Made by a program: the position numbers and the translations under genes. From Callorhinchus milii (Eukaryota), in NCBI RefSeq assembly GCF_018977255.1, contig NW_024704742.1, positions 72,294,001-72,358,000 of the forward strand: a stretch of 64,000 nucleotides of DNA, read 5' to 3'. Under the pieces are notes generated by a model. That model saw only the letters and a list, made by a program, of their open reading frames with translations. It was not told where the DNA came from and made no database searches. Shown piece after piece: positions 1 through 12,690 of the stretch; positions within the stretch are counted from its first letter, which is position 1; each line of letters opens with the position of its first letter.

Positions 1-16
1 ACTCAACCCACTCCAC

Positions 17-845
17 CAACAACAAGATTCCATTTATAGAGCGCCTTTCACGTCGGGAGGACGTCCCAAGGCACTCTACAGTTGGGTCAGGAACCGAGCA
101 GGGGGGAAATGGTCAGGGTGAGGGGAGGGAAGGGAGGGGGCGAGGAGGGGGGAAATGGTCAGGGTGAGGGGAGGGAAGGGAGGGGGCGAGGAGGGGGGAA
201 ATGGTCAGGGTGAGGGGAGGGAAGGGAGGGAGCGAGGAGGGGGAAGAGAGTCGAGAGGGGAGCTGAAGGCTCGGTCTAAGAGAAAGGTCTTGAGACCGGC
301 CTTGAAGGAGGAAAGGGAGGAGGCGGCGAAGGCACTGGGGGATGGAGTTCCAGAGCCTGGGGGCTGAGAGGCTGAAGGCCCGGTCACCGATGGTAGGGCG
401 GTTGGGGCGGGGGATGTGGAGCAGACCGGAGCCAGAGGAACGGAGGGTACGGGCAGGTAGGTAGGGGGATAGTAGGTCGGAGAGGTAGGAGGGAGCGAGG
501 CTGTGAATGGCCTTGTAGGTGAGGATGAGGATCTTGAATTCGATCCTCTGGGGATGGGGAGCCAGTGGAGGCGAGCGAGGGTGGGAGTGATGTGGTCGCG
601 GAGTCTGGTGCGGGACAGTACACGAGCTGCAGAGTTCTGAATGACCTGCAGTGTGGAGGGAGGTGCCGGGAAGGCCGGCGAGGAGAGAGTTCCCATAGTC
701 CAGCCTTGAGGTGATAAAGGCGTGGACCAGGGTTTCAGCCGCGTGAGGGGTGAGGTAGTGCCGTAGTCTGGCGATATTCCGGCGGTGATGGAAGGCGGTG
801 CCAGTTGTGGCGCGGATATGAGGGAGAAAGGATAGCTCAGGGTCC
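17..845 (-). mobile_element. L2 LINE 3' fragment (young subfamily; ORF2 C-terminus, 3'UTR, (TTG)n tail)
   Basis: Minus-strand peptide LQVIQNSAARVLSRTRLRDHITPTLARLHWLPI is typical of the L2 ORF2 C-terminus. Ends in ...GGCGCTCTATAAATGGAATC(TTG)n. A ~45-bp 3'UTR unit is triplicated at ~101-240. Confidence 0.92.
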
Positions 846-1860
846 CCCCCTCACTGTGACTGACTGTCACTCACCCCACTCCCTCTCACTGCGACTAACT
901 GTTACACACCCCCACTCCGTCACTGTGACAAACTGTAACTCCCTCCCACTCCCTCACTGTGACTGACTGTCACTCCCTCCCACTCCGTCACTATGACTGA
1001 CTGTCACTCCTTCCCAATCACTGTGACTGACTGTCACACCTCCCCTGCTCCATCACTGTAACTGACTGTCACTCCCTCCCATTCCCTCATTGCGACTGTC
1101 TCTCCCCCACCCCCCGACTGACTATCACTCCCCCTCACTCCCTCACTGTGACTGACTGTCACTCTCCCACTCCCTCACTGTGACTCACTGTCACTCCTCC
1201 CCCTCCACTGTAAGTGACTGTCACTCCCTCCCACTCCCTCACTGTGACTGACTGTCACACCCCCCTCACTGTGACTGACTGTAACTCCCCACTCCCTCAC
1301 TGTGACTGACTGTCACACCCCCCCCACTCCGTTCACTGTAACTGACTGCCACTCCCTCCCACTCCCTCACTGTGACTGATTGTCTCTCCCCCCCACTCCG
1401 ACTGACTGTCACACCCCTCTCACTGTGACTGACTGTCACACCCCCCTCACTGTGACTGACTGTCACACCCCCCTCACTGTGACTGACTGTCACTCCCCCC
1501 CCTCACTGTGACTGACTGTCACACCCCCCTCACTGTGACTGACTGTCACACCCCCCTCACTGTGACTGACTGTCACTCCCCCCCCCACTCCGTCACTGTG
1601 ACTGACTGTCACTCCCCCCCCCACTCCGTCACTGTGACTAACTGCCTCCCCCCCACTCCATCACTATGACTGACTGTCACTCCACTCCTCACTGTGACTG
1701 ACTGTCACTCTCTCCCAACTCTCTCACTCTGCTTGAGTGTCATTCCCCCCCACTCACTGTGACTGACTGTCACACCCTCCCACTCCCTCACTGTGACTGA
1801 CTGTCACTTCCTCCCACTCCTTCACGATGACTGATTGTCTCTCCCCCCACTCCGACTGTC
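845..1860. repeat. Minisatellite, ~27-33-bp unit (CCCCCCTCACTGTGACTGACTGTCACA)
   Basis: Directly visible degenerate tandem array of about 1 kb. The unit contains the inverted repeat TGTGAC-N5-GTCACA. Confidence 0.95.
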
Positions 1861-2704
1861 TGCCACAATCTAACTCTGACTCAGGGGTGAGAGTGTTACC
1901 ACCTGAGCCAGTCTGACACCAGATACAATTCACCCCTTGCCTGTGGGTAGGACATTCGTGTGTAAACAGACCAGCATGTTTGCCTGCACTTGACAATAAT
2001 TACCTGTAAAAGCAGTCTGAGATTTATCACTGTATCAAATGCAAAGATTATTATATTATTCTGAATCCTTCCCCCGCCCCCGTCAGTGCAATAAGTTGGG
2101 GGTACCAACCCTGAAGCTATCTCACTGAAGCTACTGTTTACTGTTCCGAAAGTGCAATCACACAGTAATGCAGAGAAGATTAACAGGGCAGTTATATGAT
2201 CAGAAAGGGTGTGAGATTTCCAGAGAGCTTGGATTTCAGCCCTGCAGTCCCAGACTGAAGGTCACCAGGCTGCATTAGCTGCCCCTGAGCTAATTATTTT
2301 ACTAATGGTTCACACACTCTGTAAAGCAGGCCAGAAATAACTGGAGGCAGATGGACTACTTTAATGCAGGATGTAAACATATCTGACCCGTGATTCTGAT
2401 ATCACTCAGACAGAATGCCGCTCATCCCTCTGCATTCTATTTACTCTGCGATTTCCAATTAATGAGCGCTCCGGGCCTCATCAGGAACATGCTCTGACAA
2501 ACTACGTCACACCCCTAAATACTCCAGCAATCTCAGCCCTGAAAGGAGATGCCTCTCAAGGGACCTCGTGGAGGTGTGTAAGATGCTAAAAGTGATTGAG
2601 AATAATAATGATACTTGCATTTGATATAGCGCCTTATCACTGTGTTGAGACATCTCAAAGTGCTTCAAAGAATCTAATGTAAAATGAATTGACTGTATAT
2701 TTTG

Positions 2705-3125
2705 ACATTACATACATACAACAACAACCAAAGTACATTTGTATCGCGCCTTTCACATCAGGAGGACATCCCAAAGCACTGGACAGTTAGTGTTTCGGAC
2801 CCGAGCTGGGGGTCGGGATTGGGGAGGGTGGAGGGCAAGGGGGGAATGAAGGTGATCAAAGGCATGGTTGAAGAGGAGGATCTTGGGATGGGTCTTGAAG
2901 GAGGCAAGTGAGGGGGCGAGGTGGAGGGACTGCATGGATGAAGTTCCAGGGGTGGGGGCAGAGTGGCTGATGGCCCGTCCACCAATGGTGGAGCAGGCGA
3001 GCTGGGGGACATGAAGCAGGCCGGAGACGGTTGAAGAGGAGGGAGCGGGCAGGTTGGTAAGGGGTTAGGAGGACACAGAGGTAGGGGAGAGCAAGGCCAT
3101 GGAGGGCTTTGAAGGTGAGGATGGT
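2705..3125 (-). mobile_element. L2 LINE 3' fragment (older)
   Basis: ILTFKALHGLALPYL and SLHLAPSLASFKTHPKILLF on the minus strand; (CAA)n on plus at ~2717. Confidence 0.85.
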
Positions 3126-4583
3126 ACCCCCAACTGGGCAGCCCCAACTAGTCTGTCCAACTAGCCCCAACTCCCATGTTTATACCCCATGGGAGTTTTC
3201 TCCCCTATCCCTATAATCCCTGCTCCTTCAGGGTTACCTCAGGAAAACCCTCTCCTGTGGGTGATCTCAGAAGAGATAACCTTTGGTCTATTCATTCGTA
3301 AACCCAGAACGATACTTTCAGACAGGTCAGGACAGGAGGGCTCAGGGGGAAGGGCAATTTCTGGAGAGACTCAGGGAAATATTTCTTTGGACCGAGAGGG
3401 AATTGGCAGGGATCGAGGTCAGGGTGCTGGGATTCAGGAAGGAAGGAAACAGCTGGAAGCTGTAATGGAAGGATGGAGGAGGTGTCCGTTCAGGTCAGAG
3501 GATGATATCAAACGGCCTGAAGGGCTTCCTTCATCCGAGCCTAGTGATCTGGTGAAATGAAAGAGGAAAGGACTAGGCTTTGGCTCAATGTGAAAGTAAA
3601 GAGGAAACGATCAGGTTGTGGAAATCATTGTCAGACCGTGGCTGGAGTATGGGGCTGGGGTTAAGAGGGTGATTTAGGAGCAGTATAAACACTGGGTCTG
3701 CATGGAATAATAATAATCCTTGTATTTGATGTAGCACTTTATCACATCATTGAGATGTCACAAAGCACTTCACAAAATATATTTAAAGTGGATTGATTGT
3801 ATATTTTGTAGGCAAAACACTTATCCTCATCATAATGATCTCACATCTGATACTGTGCCTTTCACCTGGGAGGTCGTCACAAAGTGCTTCATGGGATTCA
3901 CTAATAAAGTGACTGTTTTCTGTCTGTGTTTTTTGTGCCAGCCACAATCTCTTTTCCAACAGTGCCACGGGGCGAGTACTGAGCCGAGAAATTCTATATC
4001 AGTTACCCTAATATGTGGAGAATATTTTAGGAGACGATTTGATACTGAGGAGCAGAGTTGCTGCAGGCAGCCATCTAGAAGCAGTAGGTGACCTCTCCTG
4101 AATCTGCTGGCATCTTTGAGGAGATCATTACACCAGGGGATGCGAGGCTTGAAATTCCAACTTGTCTTAATCTGTGATATCATTTGTCTCAATAGTTCAG
4201 GTGGTGCAGAATTTTGGGTGACTCCTCAGTTCACCCTGAATCTGGAAGATGGTTTCATTTTAAAAACGGAGAAAAGTGGCTTCCAAATTAAGAATTTTAT
4301 CCCCCACAGATTTAAGGCTAAGATGAGCTGGAATTTGGGGGACAGAAGCCTGTAATGGGAAATGGCTATTGATCACACGCCCACTGCCTCACCAGCTACA
4401 GGAACCCAAACCTATCAGGGCCTCAGCTCCCATGCAGATGGGGTGAGAATGTGGAATTTCCTGCCGGAAACTATGATTGTAGCAGAAAGTATCAACATAT
4501 TAAAAAGAAAACTTGATGCAGGCACAAGAGATAAGGGAATCAAGGGGTATGAGGAGGCAGGGGAGGTGGAATTAGGTTCTGGT

Positions 4584-4935
4584 GGAATCCTGTTGCATAT
4601 TGGTTAGCGCACTCACCTTGCAAGCAAGAGGACCCAGATTCGATTCCTGACAGTGCGATACAAGGCATGTTTCCTTACTCCACGTATCTCTGTTTACTTA
4701 GAAATAAGTAGGAACTGGGTTGTTAGTCGATTGATGGATCGCTTTTCCGGGCGTAACATTCCCTTAAATTTTTTTCTTTTAAAAATAATAATTTGGTCAT
4801 TCAATCGACGACTGTTTGTGGGATAAATCCGTGCGCAATTGGCTGCCGTATTTCACTCACAAAATAGAGTCAATTCACTTTACAGTATATTCTGTGAAGC
4901 GCTTTGAAAGTATCAAATAATAATAATAATTATTA
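4584..4935 (+). mobile_element. tRNA-derived Deu-domain SINE (long, older form)
   Basis: tRNA-like head (TGGTTAGCGCACTCACCTTGCAAG...TTCGATTCC), core GTGCGCAATTGGCTGCCG, then CTGTGAAGCGCTTTG and a TAA/TTA-rich end. Confidence 0.8.
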
Positions 4936-5514
4936 TCAACACTAACCAAGCAAACTGCTTAAGCCTGTTTCAGTGCTGTACAGTCTTACAGTCTTTAATC
5001 CTATGATATCACACCATTTGTTGATGGTACTGGGCTACGTGGACAGGTGATGAGAATGAGGGAGATGGATAGCGTTCCTGGGGATCCAGACCAATTAAAT
5101 AGATCAGCTGGGAATGGCAGATGGATGAACGTGAGGTAATGACCGAAATAGGAGACAGGAAAGAAGTGTGCTCAATAACGGGACGTCCGCGATCGGAAGG
5201 GGAGCCAATTATTGAGAAACTGCTGTCATCTGGACAATCACACACAAGGTTACTCGTGAGGCTGTGGGACAAGCAGCTGACAGAGCGTGTGATGCTGTAG
5301 AGATTTCTATTGTGGTGACTGCACACACACTGACCTCCGACGGGAAATCCCGAGCATGTAGCAAGTGGATGAGGCACTATCCTCATAAACTTATAATAGG
5401 AGAATGGACTGAAGCTTGAACAGGGGTAATATAAAAGGTTGTGTTTGTGTGAGACCTGAATAGAGACTCATTCGGAGACACCACCTCTGACCCACACTCA
5501 AATACATTCATCCT

Positions 5515-5672
5515 GATACTCTGTCTCTAACTGGTGCCGTCACTGACCTAGGAGTGCGGACGGACAGTATAGAGGGAGCTTTACTCTGTGTCTAACCTGT
5601 GCTGTCCTGGGAGATTGGATGGATAGTGTAGAGGGAGCTTTACTCTGTGTCTAACCCGTGCTGTCCTGGGAG
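5515..5672. repeat. Short tandem array, ~58-60-bp unit (TAGAGGGAGCTTTACTCTGTGTCTAACCCGTGCTGTCCTGGGAG)
   Basis: Two to three copies are visible. The unit resembles a tandem repeat common in cartilaginous fish genomes (from recall, not searched). Confidence 0.75.
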
Positions 5673-7394
5673 TGCCAGGTGTGAGTCTAATACTGATATT
5701 ACTAATTCTGATGAGCAAAAATTAACTTAAAGGAAGAACAATGAACAAAATTTGTGAGAGGAAGAAAACGTTCCTGTGATAGGAACGAGCTTGGATGGGG
5801 TCTGCAGGATTAGTGATAGGGGGAACAGGCTTGGTGTTGAGGGACTTTGGCTGAGGGCTGTGGCTCAGAATGTAGCTGGGGGCGGTTGCTGGGGTTGTGG
5901 CTCGGGGCACTGACTGGAGCTGTGGTTATGGCTCAGGGCCTGGGCTGACCCAGGTGCTAATCCCTCAGTAAGTGTTTTCAGGCATCGGTGGCTGCTTGCA
6001 CTTTGGGAATGAATTAACTGATGAGATTGGTAATCTCAGCTGCCCAAATACAGCCAGGGCCTGACCCTGAGCTATAAATACCAGCAGAGACTGACAAGAG
6101 CAGCTGCTCCATTCCTCATTTCAGACACCCATAACCCTACAGCTGACACAGCTCAAAGCGCTCACAGTGACCTGCCCAGTGACTGGGGGAGGGGAGCTGT
6201 CCTGGGGGAGAAGGTCTCACTCAGGAGTCAAGGAATGGAGAGTTGGAATGGGAGATGGGGTCAGGACTCATATTTGAGTCTTCCTGATCCAGGGCCCCCA
6301 CCCTAAATGCTCCCACAGGAAGTCTCCAGGATGAGATCCTTGGAAAGTTTGGATCCAGAAGATCCTTCACCTCATCCAATCTCATCCCTGCCGGAACCTC
6401 CTCCCTTCACAGTGTCCAGCGGCTTTGTCAACAACTCCCAGCGTCCCAGCCTCACCCACCTTATGCTGAGTGACTGATCTCAGCTGTGGGGAAGGAGAAT
6501 GCAGTGGAAGCAGAGCTGGGGTGGGGATTAATGAGAAGACCCCACACCAGCAGCATTGTACTGAATGGCTCTGAGTGGTTTGGGTGGGGGTGAGTGAGCG
6601 GTGGCAAATGGCTCGGGAATTAGTTGGCTGATGACAGGGACTTTAATCTGGTGGAAATGAATCTGTCCCGAGGGGCTCAGGCTAAGATTATCATTCTTTC
6701 AGTTCCTCTCATCACCACTTAGGTAGAAAGATACAGTGAGTGTACTGCGCATGTACACAGGAGATTCAGTGCAAACGCAGCAGGCACACTGCCTGTGTCT
6801 CCAAGCTCCGAGAGGGGGGAGAGGGTAGGGGGAGCAGTGAGGGCACATTGTCTGGAGCACCTTGCCTTGTGAGGGTGAGGCTATTTATATACAGCATTTT
6901 GGTGTGAGGATGACTGAAGCAACAGTCAGTAGTAACCCAAGGCCAGCACCCTGTGTGACGGATGGCTTTCTCGCACTATGTGAGGTAGCTGATGATGGGC
7001 CTAACACTTTGTTTCACTTTCAGGACTGCATTGGTTTGACAGCGGATCCTGTGGCATTGAGAACCCCACGCCCCAGCCCCCGCTCATTTCTACAGCTCCT
7101 ATTACATCCTCACGTCTCTGAGCTTCACTGTAATCAATGGCACGTGTAGTGACTATGTATTTGTAGGTGGCCAATTGGTACACAACAACATCCCACAAAC
7201 AGCCATATAGTGAATGACCAATTTTGTTGGGGGATCGTTGGCCAGGACAGCCGGAGAGAAATTCCCTTCTCTTTTCCAATAGGGGGATCTTTAAGGTAGG
7301 ACCTCAATTTAACATTTCACAAGATTATTTTATGTGAAGGACAGTAACTCTGACAACACAGTGCCCGCCCAGCACTATGCTGCAGCTTCAGCCG

Positions 7395-9195
7395 AGACTT
7401 TGTGGGCTATTTTCAAAACTACAGAAAACCAACCTCCAAACTTCTGACCCCATCCCTCCCTCCAATCCCACCCCTTGTTGTATTTTCACTATCCTTTTTG
7501 ACCTTCCCCTCTCTGATCCTGAATAATCTATCTTCAGCAAAGGCCTCAGCTTCATCTCCTTACATCCCCAGCTCAATGAATTTTGAGCTTGACATAATGC
7601 TGAGCTCCTCTTCTGCCGCTTTCCCTTCCGTAGCCACTTTTTTTGACCCTTTCTTCTGTCTTCAGAAGTCCTGTTCCACCTGGACCCCTCCCTCTGGCCT
7701 CCTTCTCTCCTTGATATATTCATTGAGAATTGCTGGCGTGTCACTGACCAAGTCGTTTCTCCACTCCCTTCACTCACTCAATATTTCTCCCTCTGAACTT
7801 GCTGCATTCCGTTCCCTCACATTCAACCCGGATCTAATTTTCAAACCCGCTGACAAGGGAGGGCTGTTGTATGGGCGAAAGGACCTCTACCTTGTGGAAG
7901 CTGAACAGCAAGTCTCTGACAACTCCTCCTATCTCCCTCTGGACCATGACCCCACAACTGAACACCAAGTCATCATCTCCCAGACTGTCACTAACCTCAT
8001 CTCCTCTGGAGATCTTCTACCCATGGACTCCAACTCATAGTTCCCCCAACCCCGCACAGCTCACTTCTACCTCCTCCCCAAGATTCACAAACAGGACTGT
8101 CCCGGTAGACATATTGTTTCAGCCTATTCCTGCCCCACGGAACTTATTTCCTCTTATCTAGATTCTATTATCCCCCCTCGTCCAGTCCCTACCCGACTAC
8201 ATCTGCAACTCTTCTGACACCCTCCACCACTTTAACCAATTCCAGTTTCTTGACCCTAACCATCTCCTTTTCACAATGGATGTTCAGTCCCTCTACACCT
8301 CCAGCCCCCACCAGGATGGACTGCAGCCCCTTCACTTCTTCCTGGAACAGTGGCCCATTCCAAATGAACCACTCCCTCCGTGGCTCCCTGGTTTTTGCCT
8401 CCATCACCATTAACCCCTGCTCTCCCTCCCTTGGCACTTTCCCATGCCAGCGCAGGAGATGAAATACTTGCCGTTCACCTTCTCCGATACCACTGTCCAA
8501 GGTCCCAAACACTGCGTCCGGGTGAGACAGCAATTTACATGTACTTTCACAAACATAGTATAGTGTATTCACTGCTCACAATGTGGTCTCCTCTACATCG
8601 CGGAGATCAAACACAGATTGGGTGATCGCTTTGCTGAACACCTCCATTGCGTCCCCAACTGCAACCCAAAGCTTGAGATCGCTTGCCACTTTAATTCTCC
8701 TTCCCACTCTGACCTCTCTGTTCATGGCCTCCTATGCTGTTCCAATGAAGCACAATGCAAGCTCAAGAAACTGTACTTCATCTATCTCCTGGATCCTCCT
8801 ACAGCCCTCTGGTCTCAACATTGATTTTAACCACTTCAGATCTTAAACACAGCTGCCATCTTTTCTCAGCCTTGCCTCCCCCTCTCCCTCTTCTATAACC
8901 AATCACAATTCCTCTGGGTCTCCGATACATCTTTTCTTTCAACAATCTCTCACGATTGCCATCTTTTGTCTTGCACCATCAACACCTCTGAATCTCATCA
9001 ACTACTGTCCTCCACCTAAGTTTTTAATTTGTCTTTCTTTCCTGCTCTGTTTCTCTGTTTGTTCTTATAAACTGTTCTCTTCAAACATCTCCCAGTTTTG
9101 ATGAAAGGTCATCGACCTGAAACGTTAACCCATTTTCCTCTCACCATAGATGCTGCCTGACCTGCTGAGTGTTCCCAGTGACTTCTGTTTTTATT
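7395..9195 (+). mobile_element. Penelope-like element (RT + GIY-YIG endonuclease), decayed and internally deleted
   Basis: RT motifs [22 protein letters not shown] and FTMDVQSLYT. GIY-YIG region CSQCGLLYI..RLGDRFAEHL. The terminal repeat carries a hammerhead-like motif at 9093-9130. Confidence 0.9.
9093..9130 (+). ncRNA. Minimal hammerhead ribozyme-like motif in a Penelope terminal repeat
   Basis: TTGATGA (core CUGAUGA with C>T), stem II AGGTC-ATC-GACCT, GAAA, palindromic AACGTT stem III, and GTT/AAC stem I. Confidence 0.6.
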
Positions 9196-9342
9196 CCAAG
9201 CTAAGTGTCAATTTAAGAATTTTCTAGAAATCTGCACAATCTTAAATTTAAGATAACATTCTCACAGGCTGAGACTGAGAGGAATTTCAGGACTGTGGAG
9301 CTGAGCTTGAAATGCAGACTTACACCCCCTGCACTTCCCAGG

Positions 9343-9460
9343 CTGTCAGTGTCTCAGGGTCAGGGTGTGGAGGGGCTGTCAGTGTCAGTATCTCCGGTTC
9401 AGGGTGTGAGGGGCTGTCAGTGTCTCAGGGGCAGTGTCTCAGGGTCAGGGTGTGAGGGGC
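9343..9460. repeat. Short minisatellite (~32 bp, TGTCAGTGTCTCAGGGTCAGGGTGTGAGGGGC x3)
   Basis: Directly visible. Confidence 0.8.
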
Positions 9461-12379
9461 ACCGAGCTGCAGACACCAGGAAGTCTATATTGAGGGGAAT
9501 GTACAGCTGGAAGGGGAAGCCGGGCAGAGGCCAGGATGCCTTTATTCTATGTTTCTACCGATAGTTTATCCTTTGTCTCCCCTCCTCCTATGTTGAGTGA
9601 TCAGTGTTCATGCCTGAATCTCAACAGTGAGTGTGTGGAGTGGTTCACAATGGAGCCCAGTGGCTAAATGGCTTAAAATGTTGTCATAATAATCTCAGCA
9701 AGGCATCACATTTCGCCCACAACACATACAGTCAATTCACTTTACAGTATATTCTGTGAAGCTCTTTAAGACACCTAGAAGGTGTGATAAGGTGCTATAT
9801 CAAATGCAAGTATTATTGTTATTATTATCACAAAACACATAGTCAATCTACTTTACAGTATATTGTGTGAAGCACTTTGAGACATCTCAAAGACCTAATC
9901 ATAGAATTATGGAATACTGCAGCACCGAAGGAGGCCAGTCGGCCCATCATGCCTGTGCCGGCTCTTTGGAAGAGCTACCCAATCAATCCCACTCTCCTGC
10001 TCTTTTCCCATAGTCTTGCAATTTTTTCCTTTTCAAGTACCTATCCAATTCCCTTTTGAAAGTTGTTATTGAATCTATTTCCACCAGCCTTTCAGGCTCT
10101 CATAGGCACTATATCAAATGCAAGGATTATTATTATTATTATTATCATCATCACACTGCCTGTCTCTTTGTCTGAGTGTCTCTCTAATTCTCTGTGTGAG
10201 TCTCTCTGTGCATGTCTCTCTCTCTCTTGTGTGTGAGCCTCTGTGTGCGTGCCTATGCGTGCATGCCTCTGTGTACGTGCCTTTGGGAGTCTCCGTGTGT
10301 TGGGAGCCTGGAGGTATCTGAGCTGAGCTCACATCTGGGAGTGTCATTGTACAGTGTCTCCTCAGTGAGGCCGAATTGCAGTGCTGTTCATGTGTGGAGA
10401 GATGCCCACAGCTCAGGACAAGCCCTGGCTTCTCTAGCAGACACACACACAGTGTTCAGTACCTACTCTCAGCCTGAACAGCACATGCGCTGGACTGTTA
10501 GCCTGGATTGTGAGCTCAAAGTCCCTGTATTGAAGCTTGAACCCACAACCTCCTGACCTGAGGCGAGAGGATTGAGCCAGGCTGATCCCCCACTATGAAA
10601 CACTGTGATCGCCAAGGTCCAGATCCCTGGCACCTGTGGGCATGGCCAGCTCTGTGAGCTCACTGCCATCACCAGAGAGAGGCCGAGGACACGGCTGGAA
10701 TGGCCTTGGAGGGTCAGAGTGGAAGGAATGCTCCTAGAGACACGACTGTTTGTCACGTTCCTGACGTTCCTTCACCTCTGACTCTGTTCCACTAGGAGTG
10801 ACAGGACCAGCTGGCAGGGCTCTCCTTCGCTGGCTCAGTCTGTCCCACTGACAGCAACAATAGTAAAGAGACGAGGTAGTAAGCTGATCATCGGCCCGGC
10901 CCCAATGTGGAAAACACACAGTGTGGATAACTGGTTGTGGGTTGGGGGGTAAGCAGGTCGGAGAGATGGGGAGGTGCCAGAACATGAAGAGATTTGAAAA
11001 TGAGTGTGAGAATCTTGAAATGAACACTGTTCAGTAATGGAGAGCCAGTGGAGCTTGGCTAGAACTAGTTTGATGGGGTACGGAGTTTAGTACGGGCGAG
11101 TATTCGGGCGGCGGAGTTTTGGATTAACTGGATACTATGCACAGTGGAGCTGGGGAGACCGACAAAGAGGGCATTTAAGAAATCGAGTCGGGAGTAATAC
11201 TGAACATGGACATTGGTTAGGCTGCAGTTGGACTACTGGGTCCAAACCCATTCTCACTCATTCCCAATGTACATACTCCCACTGTACACACTCCCACTGT
11301 ATACACATTCCCAGAAGGCAAACAGCATAATGATACTTTGTGCTGGTAATCTCTCTGAGTGTCAGATTTACTTTATAAACACCTGTGTGAATGCAGTCAC
11401 TGCGCTAATTTAAACCTTGCTGTGATAGTCTTTACACACAGGCGCGGGCCCAGGGCTTGCTCCTTATCGTGTGTATAAATAGCGGAAAGTCACACCGCGC
11501 TTCAGTCACTGGGCATTGTACGAAGATCACAGCAATTCACTGCTGGTTAGATGGAGATTACACAGGCCCTATCTATTGTCACCTTCCCAGCTCCAGCCAT
11601 GCTCACAGATAAAGGGTAAGAATAGACTCAGGAATCTGAGAGTTACTCTGAACATCTCAACACCAGCAGCATCCGAGTATGGAGCTGGATGCAGAACAAA
11701 CTCGGCTGTCCTCACCACCACTTTCACCTGTGGCTCAGTGTGAATAAACTTACCTTTCACTAAGTAGTGCAGGATAGCTGCCTGGCACGCTCACACATAC
11801 ACACCCCTCAACTCAAACACTAACAGCAAACACACCCACGGCAAGTGAGCTGGGAAGTTATACTACACAACAAATAGAAAGATATTCCCTCCTTAACTCT
11901 TAAACTGACAGTGAATCTGCAGAATCTCCAGCCTCCCAGCACCAACTAGTTCAGTGGATTTTCATCTCGTGCACACACACGCACATACACCTCGGCCAAT
12001 GTGACACTAGTAAGAGCTTTTTCCTGTGTTAATATCAATCATCCTCACATCTGATACTTGATTACAATGTCCAGAATTCTCAAACCACTTCACAATGTTT
12101 CTGTAAAGTGAAGTGTCTGTGTATTTGTATGCAAACATGACGATCAAGTTGCACAGAGCATTGTGCAGAGACATAGCCATGACATGAATGACTGGCTTTT
12201 TTTACGAGAGGGATTGTCGGTCAATTCACCGGGAAGCACATCCTTCTTATTTCCAACAGCATCGTGGGATCATTAGCATCTACCTGGCCCACAGCACATC
12301 AAACACAGGAACAGAGTTAACCCACTCAGTGATGAGATGAGAGTTGATGAAACTGAACTTTGGGGGTGCGTTTACACAC

Positions 12380-12690
12380 ACTGTACAGCGCAGAAATAGG
12401 CCACTCGGCCCAATGTCTGTGCTGGTGTTTATACTGCAGACGAGTCTTAACCCACTCCTCCATCCCACACCCTCTACTCCCCTCTCCCTCAGTGAAGGTC
12501 TAGCTTCCTCTTGAATGTATCTACAATAACTGATTCAACCCCCGCTTCAGCCAGCGAGTTCCACAATCTCACTATCCTCTGCATAAAGTAATTCTTCCTA
12601 AATTGTCTTTTAGATCCTCTAGTAGCTGTCTTATACTTGTGTCCCCTGGTGAGGCAGTCCCCTGGTTGCCGACTTCCCAACCAGTGGGGA
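12380..12690 (-). mobile_element. CR1 LINE 3' fragment
   Basis: TRGHKYK...RKNYFMQRIVRLWNSL...FKRKLD, typical of the CR1 ORF2 C-terminus. Confidence 0.8.

Noticed and set aside
845..1860. CRISPR-like array (palindromic repeat with variable linkers)
   Set aside because: The linkers are short, mutually similar C-rich tracts, not unique spacers. There are no cas genes and the context is vertebrate.
6073..6080. TATAAATA box with a downstream Inr-like sequence
   Set aside because: No supported exon or ORF follows it.
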